This document shows positions 47,797 to 56,507 of a stretch of DNA of 64,000 bases, piece by piece. Location of the stretch: the NCBI GenBank assembly GCA_033762295.1, contig JANRLW010000090.1, forward strand, positions 35,813-99,812, read 5' to 3'. A program made the translations under genes and the position numbers. Under the pieces are notes generated by a model that saw nothing but the letters and a program-made list of their open reading frames with translations, was not told the DNA's origin and did not search any database. Source of the DNA: Capsulimonadales bacterium. GTDB lineage: Bacteria; Armatimonadota; Armatimonadia; Armatimonadales; Armatimonadaceae. Each line of letters begins with the position of its first letter. The first letter of the stretch is position 1.

Positions 47797-47822
47797 AAAA
47801 GGGAGGGACCGAGGTCCCTCCC
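47797..47822 (-). terminator. Intrinsic terminator or attenuator after the redoxin gene
   Basis: GGGAGGGAC-CUCG-GUCCCUCCC-UUUU on the minus strand. Confidence 0.7.
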
Positions 47823-47848
47823 GAAGAGGTGGTTCGGATCAGGAGGGG

Positions 47849-48490
47849 TTAGAGGGATGCACGATCCCTGCGGTAACCGATCCCTCAGCCAAAGGCCATC
47901 GTCTGGGCATACGGGGCTTTTTTGCCGGTCAGGACCGCGTCCAGAACCGGGGCGATATACGGTTCACGTCCGTACTTGTCGAACGCGCCGATATACTGAA
48001 GAACGCCCTGCTTGTCGACCACGAAGAAGGTCGGGGTGCAGCGTGCTCCGATATATTTGGCCAGCGACTGGGTGGGTTTGTCATCGAGGACGGGCATCGC
48101 CAGATTGCGCTGTTCGATCTGTCCCATGATCTCTTCGTCGGTTTCGTTGTAGTTGGCGTGGATCGCGACAACCGCGACATCCTTCGGCGTGTAGTCCTTG
48201 ATCAGGTTGCCGATTTTCTGCTCGTAGGTCCAGGTCGTTCCGCATCGGTTCGCCATGAACACGCCAACGACCACCTTTTTGCCTTTGAAGGCGGCCAGGT
48301 CGACCGTGGTTTTCTTGTCCGAGGCGATATCGCGAAGCGCGAACGCTTTGAACGGTTTTCCGATGACGGCTTTGTCCGAAGCCGTCTGCTTGGCGGCCGG
48401 TTTGGTCCCCTGCTGCGCCGAGGCGATTCCGACGGAAACACCCAGGGTCAGCGCGGCGAGCCAGACGGTCCCGCGTCGTACTGTCGTCAT
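47849..48490 (-). CDS. Exported AhpC/TSA-like redoxin, candidate selenoprotein (ends at 47885 if UGA is a stop)
   Basis: Signal peptide; NRCG; GARCTPTFFVVD..G.LQYIG..D; ends MAFG-UGA-GIGYRRDRASL-TAA. Confidence 0.8.
47853..47869 (-). promoter_or_regulatory. Candidate bacterial SECIS hairpin
   Basis: AGGGAU-CGUGC-AUCCCU; the loop starts 21 nt 3' of the UGA and contains GU. Confidence 0.55.
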
Positions 48491-48602
48491 ATACCCTCCT
48501 GATAGGTATTGGCGGCAAGCGAAGCGCGATTTCGCCGCAACTTACTTGCACAGCCATTCATTCTATCGTAATTCGGATTCTTCGGGTTGAATCGTTCCCG
48601 CA

Positions 48603-49415
48603 TCAGGCGGAAATGGCATCCGGTTCGAGGGCATCGGTCACGATGCGGCCCTCCCACTGCGGCGCGGGGGATAGTCCGAGCAGATGCGCCAGGGTCGGGC
48701 AGGTATCATAAATCCGGACCGGGGTGGCGATTTCGACGCCGGCGCGAACGCCGGGGCCGTTCAGCACCCACGGGATGGTCATGTCCTCCGGACGGTCGGT
48801 GCCGTGCGATCGGTCGTGTCCGCCGTGATCCGAGACAACCAGGGTCACCGTTTCGCGTCCGAGACGGCGGAGGGTTTCGAGGACGCGGCCCAGGCAGGCA
48901 TCGGCATGGGTGATCGATTCCAGGTACGGAGGCGTCATCCAGCCGTGTTTGTGCCCGCATTCGTCGGGCCACCCGAGATAGAGGAACAGCAGGTCGAGGT
49001 CGTCCCGTTCGAGGTAGGCGCACGCCTGCTCCGCCAGGAACGCATCGCTTTTCTCCGACGTGCACTCGCCGTGCATCACGGCCACGTGCAGGCTTCCGGG
49101 GTCGGCGAGGTCGCGCAGTTGCTCCCAGTTATAGAAGAATCCGGTTCGGCGGCCCTGCGCACGTGCGGCGTCGATCAGGCTGGGAACCGGGCGCACGATC
49201 GGGGTGAAGGTGTTGGAGGTGATTCCGTGCCGTTCGGTCGGGACCCCGCGCAGCATGGACGTATGACAGGGCAGCGTCGAGGACGGCATGACGGTGCGGG
49301 CCGACCAGGTAAACGCGCCTTCGCGCGCCAGTCGATCGATGGTCGGCGTTTCGGTTGAGAGAATGGCATCGGGACGGACGCCGTCCATGGAACAGAGAAG
49401 GACACGTTTCTTCAT
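48603..49415 (-). CDS. Alkaline phosphatase superfamily / nucleotide pyrophosphatase-phosphodiesterase
   Basis: MDGVRPD, TLPCHTSM, PDECGH, SDHGG. Confidence 0.88.
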   Translation of the reverse strand: MKKRVLLCSMDGVRPDAILSTETPTIDRLAREGAFTWSARTVMPSSTLPCHTSMLRGVPTERHGITSNTFTPIVRPVPSLIDAARAQGRRTGFFYNWEQLRDLADPGSLHVAVMHGECTSEKSDAFLAEQACAYLERDDLDLLFLYLGWPDECGHKHGWMTPPYLESITHADACLGRVLETLRRLGRETVTLVVSDHGGHDRSHGTDRPEDMTIPWVLNGPGVRAGVEIATPVRIYDTCPTLAHLLGLSPAPQWEGRIVTDALEPDAISA

Positions 49416-49538
49416 CACCTCTTTTTTCGCGGCCGTAGGAGTGCATTCCTGCGGCAAAGGGATTTTCGTGGTCGATCGTGAATGTGGTCGCGGAACCGGA
49501 CGGACGTCGGCGTCTCGCCCGGCGAAGGAGGAACGACG

Positions 49539-50528
49539 ATGATCAGGATTGCGGAGTATTTTCCCTCGGAGCCGAACGACCTCTGGTTGCTGGCGGTACA
49601 GGCGGGCGTTACGGATGCGGTCGGTTTTCTGCCCCACGACCCGGAACCCGGAGAGACTCCCTGGGATATCGGCCCGCTCACCCGGATGAAAACGCGGTTT
49701 GAGGAGGCGGGCCTCGCACTGACCGTGATCGAGAGCAGCCCGCCGATGCAGAAGATTCGTCTCGGATTGCCCGGTCGTGACGAGGAGATCGAGTGGTTCG
49801 CCACGATGGTCCGTAACATGGGCGCACTGGGAATCCCGGTCGTCTGTTACAACTTCATGGCCGTCTTCGGATGGCTCCGGACCCATACGCAGATTCCGGC
49901 GCGGGGTGGCTCCCTGGTGACCGGCTACGATCATCGGGCCATGGCGGACCAGCCGTTGACCGAATACGGCGAAGTGTCCGAGGAACGGCTCTGGGAGAAT
50001 CTGGAATATTTTTTGAAGCGCATTGTTCCGGTCGCCGAAAAGGCGAACGTCAAACTGGCGATGCACCCGGATGATCCGCCGCTCAGTCCGATTCGCGGGA
50101 TCGGACGAATCATGAGGACCGTGGAAGCGTTCCAGCGTCTGATCGATCTGGTTCCGAGCGAGGCGAACGGAATCACCCTGTGTCAGGGCAATTTTACCCT
50201 CATGACGGAGGACCTTCCGTCGGTCATCCGTCATTTCGGGCGACAGGGTCGCCTCCATTTCGTCCATTTCCGGGATGTTCTGGGGGTGCCGGATCGGTTT
50301 GTCGAGACGTTCCACGAACTCGGTAAAACCGATATGCTGGCCTGTATGCGCGCCTACCGGGAGATCGGGTTCGACGGTGTCCTGCGTCCCGACCATGTGC
50401 CGACGCTCCATGGCGACAGCAACGACCTGCCCTGCTACTCGACGATCGGTCGCCTTCTGGCGATCGGGTACATTACCGGACTGCGGGAAGCGGTGTACGG
50501 AAAGCCGGATAGGGTTCAATCCGAATAG
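49539..50528 (+). CDS. uxuA: Mannonate dehydratase
   Basis: CYNFM, MHPDDPP, HFVHFRDV, RPDHVP. Confidence 0.9.
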   Translation: MIRIAEYFPSEPNDLWLLAVQAGVTDAVGFLPHDPEPGETPWDIGPLTRMKTRFEEAGLALTVIESSPPMQKIRLGLPGRDEEIEWFATMVRNMGALGIPVVCYNFMAVFGWLRTHTQIPARGGSLVTGYDHRAMADQPLTEYGEVSEERLWENLEYFLKRIVPVAEKANVKLAMHPDDPPLSPIRGIGRIMRTVEAFQRLIDLVPSEANGITLCQGNFTLMTEDLPSVIRHFGRQGRLHFVHFRDVLGVPDRFVETFHELGKTDMLACMRAYREIGFDGVLRPDHVPTLHGDSNDLPCYSTIGRLLAIGYITGLREAVYGKPDRVQSE

Positions 50529-50530
50529 AC

Positions 50531-51274
50531 ATGTCCACAACCCCGCGTTTCTTTGTGCCGCCGGAGGCGATTGTCGGCTCGGAGGCCGTCCTGCCGCCGG
50601 AGGTGCTGCACCATGCCCGGACCGTGCTTCGCCTGCGTCCGGGCGAAATCTTGATTCTGCACGATGGGCGCGGGTTCGCCCACGAAGCGATTTTCGGCGA
50701 GGGGAAGTCCTCGACCGTCGTCGTCCGTCGCTCCTACCCGCTGAAAACGGAACCCGTTCTTCGAATCACGGTAGCGCAGGCACTCACCAGAACGGGCGAG
50801 AAGATGGAGCAGGTGTTGCAGCACGGCACCGAGATCGGCGCAGCCGGGTTCATCGTGTTTCCCGCCGAGCGGTCGGTGGCGCGGCCGGAGTCGGCTGAGA
50901 AGTGGGAGAAACGGAAGGAACGCTGGGCCGCCATCGTCAAAAGCGCGTCCGAGCAGTCCCGGCGCGCCGTACTTCCGACCGTGGAATGGGAACCGCGCCT
51001 CGCGGCGGTCGCCGAACGGCTGGGGCGTTTTGACCTCGCCGTGGTTCTCCATGAATCGGCGGAGGCGGCGTTTCGAACCGTTTTTCCACCCCCTGAAACC
51101 CCGATAGGTACCTTGCTGTTGCTGGTCGGACCGGAAGGCGGGTGGACGGAGAACGAAGTGGAGGTTCTGGCGCGGGTCGGCGGACGTCCCGTGAACCTTG
51201 GGCCGCGTATTCTCCGAACGGAAACGGCGGCGCTGGCCGCCCTGGCGCAGGCGTTGTACGCCCGGGAGCCGTGA
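50531..51274 (+). CDS. rsmE: 16S rRNA m3U1498 methyltransferase
   Basis: HARTVLRL, SEQSRR, VGPEGG, LGPRILRTETA. Confidence 0.93.
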   Translation: MSTTPRFFVPPEAIVGSEAVLPPEVLHHARTVLRLRPGEILILHDGRGFAHEAIFGEGKSSTVVVRRSYPLKTEPVLRITVAQALTRTGEKMEQVLQHGTEIGAAGFIVFPAERSVARPESAEKWEKRKERWAAIVKSASEQSRRAVLPTVEWEPRLAAVAERLGRFDLAVVLHESAEAAFRTVFPPPETPIGTLLLLVGPEGGWTENEVEVLARVGGRPVNLGPRILRTETAALAALAQALYAREP

Positions 51275-51405
51275 TCGTCCGCCGATAAGACGGAGGTCGG
51301 ACAGCGTCTCCTCCGAAAGGCGTACTCACATATCCGGCTTCCGCCTCAGGCCCATGCGACCGTTCGACCTCAGAATAACGGTGAAATACCGATCTGAGGT
51401 GACCT

Positions 51406-52170
51406 ATGAAAACTATCCGAACTTCGATTCCGCTTCTCTTCAGTACCATGGTCCTGGCAACGGCAACGGCCGTCGCCGACCCGGGATTCTCGTTCAGCGT
51501 TACCATGACCGGGACGAACAACGGCAAGGCGGAAACGCCCGTGATTTTCAAGACGATCGTTTCCGGATCGAACGGCCGGGTCGATATCGAGGTCGATAAG
51601 GACGACTGGAAGAAGGGCGACTATCTGGTGACGACCGACGGTGGCACGGTCTTCCACCATGTCTCTCCGAAACGGAAAACGGTCCGGCGACTCGATCAGG
51701 CGGCGGTGAAGGCGATGATGGAGAAGGAAAACAAGAACCTTCGCATCGGAACCCCGACCGTTTCCCGAACGACCCCGGCCCCCAACCGGGAACACCTGGA
51801 GCGGAACTACACGCTCTCGTTCCGTGAAGGGCTGATTTCCGGCAAGGGAACGATTCAGGAGGCGCATGATTACACGCGAGCCGAACCCGGTGCGAATGTC
51901 CCCACGTTTAACCCGATGATCCGCTACCTGCTGATGGACGTCGCCTCCCTGCTGCTGAAGGACCGGCAGTTCGAATCCGAGGGACTCGCTTCCGTGCTTC
52001 CGAAGGAGTTTGTCACCGTGGCGGATGTGCGGCTGACCTCGGAGGTCTCGGCGACACTGGTCGGAAATAAGAAACAGGTGTCGGTTGTCCGTCTGGAAAC
52101 CTCGGCGATTACTCCGGAGGATATCGCGCCCGAACGGTTCGTGGTCCCGGCGGAGTTCAAAGCCCTTTGA
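51406..52170 (+). CDS. Secreted hypothetical protein (DUF4412-like ending)
   Basis: Signal peptide; C-terminal PERFVVPAEFK. Confidence 0.65.
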   Translation: MKTIRTSIPLLFSTMVLATATAVADPGFSFSVTMTGTNNGKAETPVIFKTIVSGSNGRVDIEVDKDDWKKGDYLVTTDGGTVFHHVSPKRKTVRRLDQAAVKAMMEKENKNLRIGTPTVSRTTPAPNREHLERNYTLSFREGLISGKGTIQEAHDYTRAEPGANVPTFNPMIRYLLMDVASLLLKDRQFESEGLASVLPKEFVTVADVRLTSEVSATLVGNKKQVSVVRLETSAITPEDIAPERFVVPAEFKAL

Positions 52171-52189
52171 CGGCCCGGACGTCGAGCGT

Positions 52190-52218
52190 TTGACAACGGC
52201 TCCGGTCCGCGCTATGGT
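52190..52218 (+). promoter_or_regulatory. sigma70 promoter TTGACA-N17-TATGGT
   Basis: Ends 9 nt before the glycosyltransferase ATG. Confidence 0.7.
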
Positions 52219-52227
52219 TGGGAAATC

Positions 52228-53388
52228 ATGCGGAATGTGGCCTTCGTCGTCGCCGAACCCTGGCACAGTACGGATTGGTCGACCGATCTCGGTCTGCTGG
52301 TGCGTGAGTTTCGAAGACGGGGGACGGACGCGAGCCTGACCTGCCTGCGGCGGGTCGGACCGGAACCGGATTATCCGGTGTTCGAGGCAACCTCCGCCGA
52401 GATGACGGACCCGGCGTACTGGCGGCGGCGCACGGTGACGGTGGCGATCGTCTTCAACTGGCTGATCCGTGCGGGGGACGTGCTCATCGCGTTACGAGCG
52501 GCGGGGGCGTTCGTCCTGCAGTACGGCGATAGCGACGGTCTGGAGGGAATGCGAGTACATCCCGGCGCGCAGGTCGTTCGCATGTGGCACCTCCAGCCGT
52601 CCTTTCTTCGAAAGGTGGGTGGGGTCGCCACCCTGGCGCGGAAGTATCTGTACGGTCACCGGCGGGAGGATGCGCTGCTGGTGCGCAATGCGGAATCCGC
52701 GCACCTGACGACCCTGACATCGGAGCCGGCCCGCGCGGCGTTTCTCCGTTTCCTTCGTTTCGCGCGGCGGACCGATCTGGCGAACCGGGTTCGGGTGTTG
52801 CCGTCCCCGGTGGCGGCTCCGTTTCGGACCCGCCCGATCGAACCGCGTCCCCGTCCCGTGGTCGTCGCGGTGGGCCGTTGGGACGACCCGCAAAAGGATG
52901 CGCCGCTGCTTGCCGCCGCTCTGCATCGGTATCTTTCCGATGCCTCTCCGGAAACGGAGGTCCGCCTGATCGGCGGCGGCGGGGAAACACCGTTTGCGCG
53001 ACTGGTCCGAGATTTTGCCGGTGTCCGGTATTTCGGACGCATCCCCCATGCCGACCTGACGGATCGTCTGGCGGACGCCAGGATCCTGTTTTTTGCGTCC
53101 CGATGGGAGGGAACTCCGGTCGTTTCGCTGGAGATGGTCGCTCTGGGCGGGACGGTGGTCGGCCCGGGCGGTCTGCCCGGACTTGCCCAGTTTGCGGCCG
53201 AGGGGCACGGAACCGCCGCCGTGCGTCGTTCGCCGGTCGCCCTGGCGCAGGCGTTACGGGAGGAGATGACGGCCTGGGAGAGCGGTGAACGCCGTCCGGA
53301 GACGATCGCCGCGTACTGGCGCGTCCGGGTGTCGCCGGAAAGCATCGTCGACCGGTGGATCGAATGGGTCGGAAACGAAAAACGGTAG
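52228..53388 (+). CDS. Glycosyltransferase, GT4-like
   Basis: VGRWDDPQKD; SRWEGTPVVSLE (EX7E). Confidence 0.85.
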   Translation: MRNVAFVVAEPWHSTDWSTDLGLLVREFRRRGTDASLTCLRRVGPEPDYPVFEATSAEMTDPAYWRRRTVTVAIVFNWLIRAGDVLIALRAAGAFVLQYGDSDGLEGMRVHPGAQVVRMWHLQPSFLRKVGGVATLARKYLYGHRREDALLVRNAESAHLTTLTSEPARAAFLRFLRFARRTDLANRVRVLPSPVAAPFRTRPIEPRPRPVVVAVGRWDDPQKDAPLLAAALHRYLSDASPETEVRLIGGGGETPFARLVRDFAGVRYFGRIPHADLTDRLADARILFFASRWEGTPVVSLEMVALGGTVVGPGGLPGLAQFAAEGHGTAAVRRSPVALAQALREEMTAWESGERRPETIAAYWRVRVSPESIVDRWIEWVGNEKR

Positions 53389-53407
53389 AGGGAATTCCCT
53401 CTACCGT
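53378..53407. terminator. Perfect 26-bp palindrome with a U-tract on the minus strand (tRNA-Tyr terminator)
   Basis: AAAA-ACGGTAGAGGGAATTCCCTCTACCGT. Confidence 0.75.
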
Positions 53408-53421
53408 GGAACGTGTCGATA

Positions 53422-53504
53422 TGGGCAGGACAGGATTCGAACCTGTGTAGCGTTGCCGCGACGATTTTACAGACCGCCTCCTTTAGCCTCTCGGACACCT
53501 GCCC
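53422..53504 (-). tRNA. tRNA-Tyr(GTA)
   Basis: GGGCAGG acceptor stem, CTGTAAA anticodon loop, long variable arm, GGTTCGAATCC; CCA not encoded. Confidence 0.95.
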
Positions 53505-53543
53505 GCAACCGATTCCGACCGGGGGGTGGAATCGACGAAGGAA

Positions 53544-53572
53544 AGAATATCACGATTTCCCGGTCGGGTCAA
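53544..53572 (-). promoter_or_regulatory. tRNA-Tyr promoter TTGACC-N17-TATTCT
   Basis: Read directly from the sequence. Confidence 0.7.
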
Positions 53573-53672
53573 GAGGTAAACCGGTATCGCGACCGGGCGG
53601 TCGTCCGCAACCTCCGGAGGGCGAGCGAATCCAACATAATGTAGACAGCGATACGCGGCGGGGAGGTACGGA

Positions 53673-54620
53673 ATGCGTCAGGAATTCGTGTCGGAGTCGG
53701 TGATCGGAGCGGCGCGGCAGCCGGGAATGGCGCAAAGCGCGACGTTCATCGACGATACAACGGAACTGCGGACGTCGGCGCTCGCGTCCCTGCGACGGTT
53801 CCATGCCGTTCTGGAACGGGGTTCGATGGCGACGGCGGAGGAGTGGCGGGCCGATCTGGAGGCGTTGCGACTGCTGAAACGGGATATGCCGACGACGCTG
53901 GCCCGTCTCGAGATGGCCGCCGAACCGGGGGATTTCGATCTGGTGGCGGCTCTGCGCGAGGCGACGGCGGAGCTCGCTCCGCTGGAAACGGAGATCCGGC
54001 AGCGGCTGGGCGGGGCACGTTCGAATGGCGAGTCCGGTTATGTGGACCTCGACGCGTTGCGGGGGCAACTTGCCGAGAGGGCGGCCCGGCGGGAACTGGG
54101 GGGAAGTTCCGGGGTCGGCACGGTGCCGACGCTGGAGATCGCGATGCGGCGTAGCAGTATGGCGGGAATCCCGATGCTCGTCTTCGGCACGGGATGGCTT
54201 TCGTTTACGACTTTCCATGCGATCATGATGATCGGGGGCTTGTCGCGGGCGATCGGATGGGCGGCCCTGTTTTTACTGGCGTTCTACAGCATCTTTTTCA
54301 TGGTCGGTTTTGGGATGCTCTGGGGGGGAATCACCCAGTTTCGGAAAGAGGAATTGATCCTTGCCGGTGCGAGTCTGACCGTGCGGTATACCCTGTTCGG
54401 CTACTCCTGGGACAAGGTGTATTCGCTCGATGCGCAGAGTCGCGCCTGGGTCGCCACCCCGGCGGTTCAGCAGAAGGGCGCACGCATTCAGGAGATCGCG
54501 ATTCTGACCGGCGAAGGCAAGGAGATTCGTGTCGGGAACGGTCTGCCGGACCCGATTCTCTATCAGGAATCGGATCGTATCAACGACTATGTGCATCGTT
54601 TGTTCGCCATCGGGCGATAG
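53673..54620 (+). CDS. Hypothetical membrane protein (helical N-terminus, 2 TM, soluble C-terminus)
   Basis: GGAGG RBS; two hydrophobic helices. Confidence 0.7.
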   Translation: MRQEFVSESVIGAARQPGMAQSATFIDDTTELRTSALASLRRFHAVLERGSMATAEEWRADLEALRLLKRDMPTTLARLEMAAEPGDFDLVAALREATAELAPLETEIRQRLGGARSNGESGYVDLDALRGQLAERAARRELGGSSGVGTVPTLEIAMRRSSMAGIPMLVFGTGWLSFTTFHAIMMIGGLSRAIGWAALFLLAFYSIFFMVGFGMLWGGITQFRKEELILAGASLTVRYTLFGYSWDKVYSLDAQSRAWVATPAVQQKGARIQEIAILTGEGKEIRVGNGLPDPILYQESDRINDYVHRLFAIGR

Positions 54621-54747
54621 GCTGTGGTGCCATCGGATGCCGGAACGGGAGCGGTAGCGAACCGGGAAATCCGTGGTATACTGTGAAGCGTCCCGCGCGG
54701 ACCACGTTCCACCGGCCTGCCACCGGGGCGGAAACTGCGGAACATAG

Positions 54748-54820
54748 CGGGGCGTAGCGCAGTTGGTAGCGCGCGACATTTGGGATGTTGAGGTCGCAGG
54801 TTCGAATCCTGTCGCCCCGA
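54748..54820 (+). tRNA. tRNA-Pro(TGG)
   Basis: CGGGGCG stem; CGACA-TTTGGGA-TGTTG; TTCGAATC; CCA not encoded. Confidence 0.95.
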
Positions 54821-54841
54821 TCGGTTCCGATCCCAAGATAT

Positions 54842-54912
54842 GCGGGAGTAGCTCAATGGTAGAGCTCCTGCCTTCCAAGCAGGTGGCGAGGGTTCGATTC
54901 CCTTCTCCCGCT
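54842..54912 (+). tRNA. tRNA-Gly(TCC)
   Basis: GCGGGAG stem; CCTGC-CTTCCAA-GCAGG; CCA not encoded. Confidence 0.95.
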
Positions 54913-54918
54913 TCGTTC

Positions 54919-54950
54919 AGGATGGGCCACCCAACCGGGTGGCCCATCCT
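54919..54950 (+). terminator. Terminator after the tRNA pair
   Basis: AGGATGGGCCACCC-aacc-GGGTGGCCCATCCT. Confidence 0.75.
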
Positions 54951-55122
54951 CTTGATTCCGGTCCTTCGAGTCTCGACAACGCTCGAAGGCGTGGTACAAT
55001 GCACGAAGGTTTGCCGTCCGGGCCCGTTTTTCGCCGCGCCGCTTCGTCGGGCGCGGTTTTGTGCGACAGGCGGCAGGGAACTTTGTTTAAGAAATTAGAG
55101 CGAGAAAGCGAGCGAAAAGACC

Positions 55123-55317
55123 ATGCCACTGCCCAAGCGACGGCATTCCAGCACCCGGCAGGCGAAACGCCGGACCCATTATAAACTGACCCCGCCGACC
55201 CTGACCACCTGTCAGCGATGCAAATCGATGGCGCAGGCGCACCATATCTGTCCGACCTGCGGTTATTACAACGGTCGCCAGTGGATGACTCCCAAGACCG
55301 TCGATACCGAGGTCTGA
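55123..55317 (+). CDS. rpmF: 50S ribosomal protein L32 (Zn-binding C4 type)
   Basis: MPLPKRRHS..KRR, CQRC, HHICPTCGYY. Confidence 0.95.
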   Translation: MPLPKRRHSSTRQAKRRTHYKLTPPTLTTCQRCKSMAQAHHICPTCGYYNGRQWMTPKTVDTEV

Positions 55318-55429
55318 GCCGGTATCCCGCTTTTTCGACCGTCCGGAAGGAGATCGCCGACCGGCGCATCTCCCGGCGGACGGTCCCCCGATTCGTTTTC
55401 TCCGTTACCTGACGGTCCAGGGCACGCCG

Positions 55430-56506
55430 TTGTCTGAATCCTTGTTCGTACCAATAACGATTTCTCCCCGCCCGGTGCGTATCGCCGTGGATGCCATGGG
55501 CGGCGATCATGCGCCGGCGGAGGTCGTGCGCGGAGCGGTGGACTTCCTCCGTCTTTCCGACCGCGACGAAGACGCCCAGGTCGTTCTGGTCGGCGACCCC
55601 GCGCCGATCGAGGCTGAGGTGGCGTTGCTTGCCTCGCTGGACGAGACGTTCGCCGAGGGAAGGCTCCTGATCCGACCGGCCTCGCAGGTGGTCGGAATGG
55701 ACGAGCATCCGATGGAGGCCGTCCGGAAAAAGCCCGACTCCTCTCTGGTGCTTTCGATTTCGATGGTGCGGAACGGAGAGGCGGAAGCGGCGTTTTCGGC
55801 AGGAAATACCGGCGCGATGATGGTCGCCTCCATGCAGATCCTCGATCGACTCGTTCCCGATATCCGGCGACCCGCCATCGCGACCTTTATGCCGACGGAG
55901 ACCGGACGGCATACCCTGCTGGTCGATGCCGGAGCCAACGTCGATTGTCGCCCTTCCCACCTCGTCAGTTTCACCCTGCTCGGGACCATTTACGCCGAAA
56001 AGGCGCTGGGCATCGTGAATCCGCGCGTCGGGGTGCTCGCCAACGGTGAGGAACCGGGTAAAGGCAACGATCTTTCACGCGAAGTGCATACGTTGCTGGC
56101 GGCGAATCCGGCCGTCAATTTTATCGGCAACGTGGAGGGCAACCACCTTTTCGAAGGGCGGGTGGACGTGGCGGTCTGCGACGGGTTCGTCGGCAACGTC
56201 CTGCTCAAAGGCGCGGAAGGGGTGGCGCGTCTCGGGTTGAACCTGCTGGCGGCGGAGGTCCATGCGGCGACCGATCCGACGGCGCGGGCCGCTCTGGCGC
56301 GGGCGCTGACCCATATGGCGGCACGACTGGACTACGCCGAGGTCGGGGGCGCGCCGCTGCTGGGCGTCAATGGGGTCGCCATCATCGCCCACGGACGCTC
56401 CAATCGAACGGCGATCGCCAACGGGATCCGTCAGGCGGCGCGGGCGGCCCGCTCCGGGTTCACCGAAGCCGTTCGCACCACCTTGAAGGAATCGCAGGGA
56501 AGTTAA
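55430..56506 (+). CDS. plsX: Phosphate acyltransferase
   Basis: IAVDAMGGDHAP, SAGNTGA, DAGAN, CDGFVGN, GGAPLLGV. Confidence 0.95.
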   Translation: MSESLFVPITISPRPVRIAVDAMGGDHAPAEVVRGAVDFLRLSDRDEDAQVVLVGDPAPIEAEVALLASLDETFAEGRLLIRPASQVVGMDEHPMEAVRKKPDSSLVLSISMVRNGEAEAAFSAGNTGAMMVASMQILDRLVPDIRRPAIATFMPTETGRHTLLVDAGANVDCRPSHLVSFTLLGTIYAEKALGIVNPRVGVLANGEEPGKGNDLSREVHTLLAANPAVNFIGNVEGNHLFEGRVDVAVCDGFVGNVLLKGAEGVARLGLNLLAAEVHAATDPTARAALARALTHMAARLDYAEVGGAPLLGVNGVAIIAHGRSNRTAIANGIRQAARAARSGFTEAVRTTLKESQGS

Positions 56507-56507
56507 G

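Noticed and set aside
48603..50540. 645-aa fusion ORF (likewise the extended N-termini of 8285-11068, 12851-14425 and 25006-27216)
   Set aside because: The extensions overlap real genes, and internal starts with RBS or translational coupling explain the coding parts.
53422..53504. Possible tRNA-Sec because of the long variable arm
   Set aside because: The anticodon is GTA and the acceptor stem is 7 bp, so this is tRNA-Tyr.
53388..54950. tRNA-anchored genomic island
   Set aside because: No integrase and no duplicated tRNA 3' end were seen.
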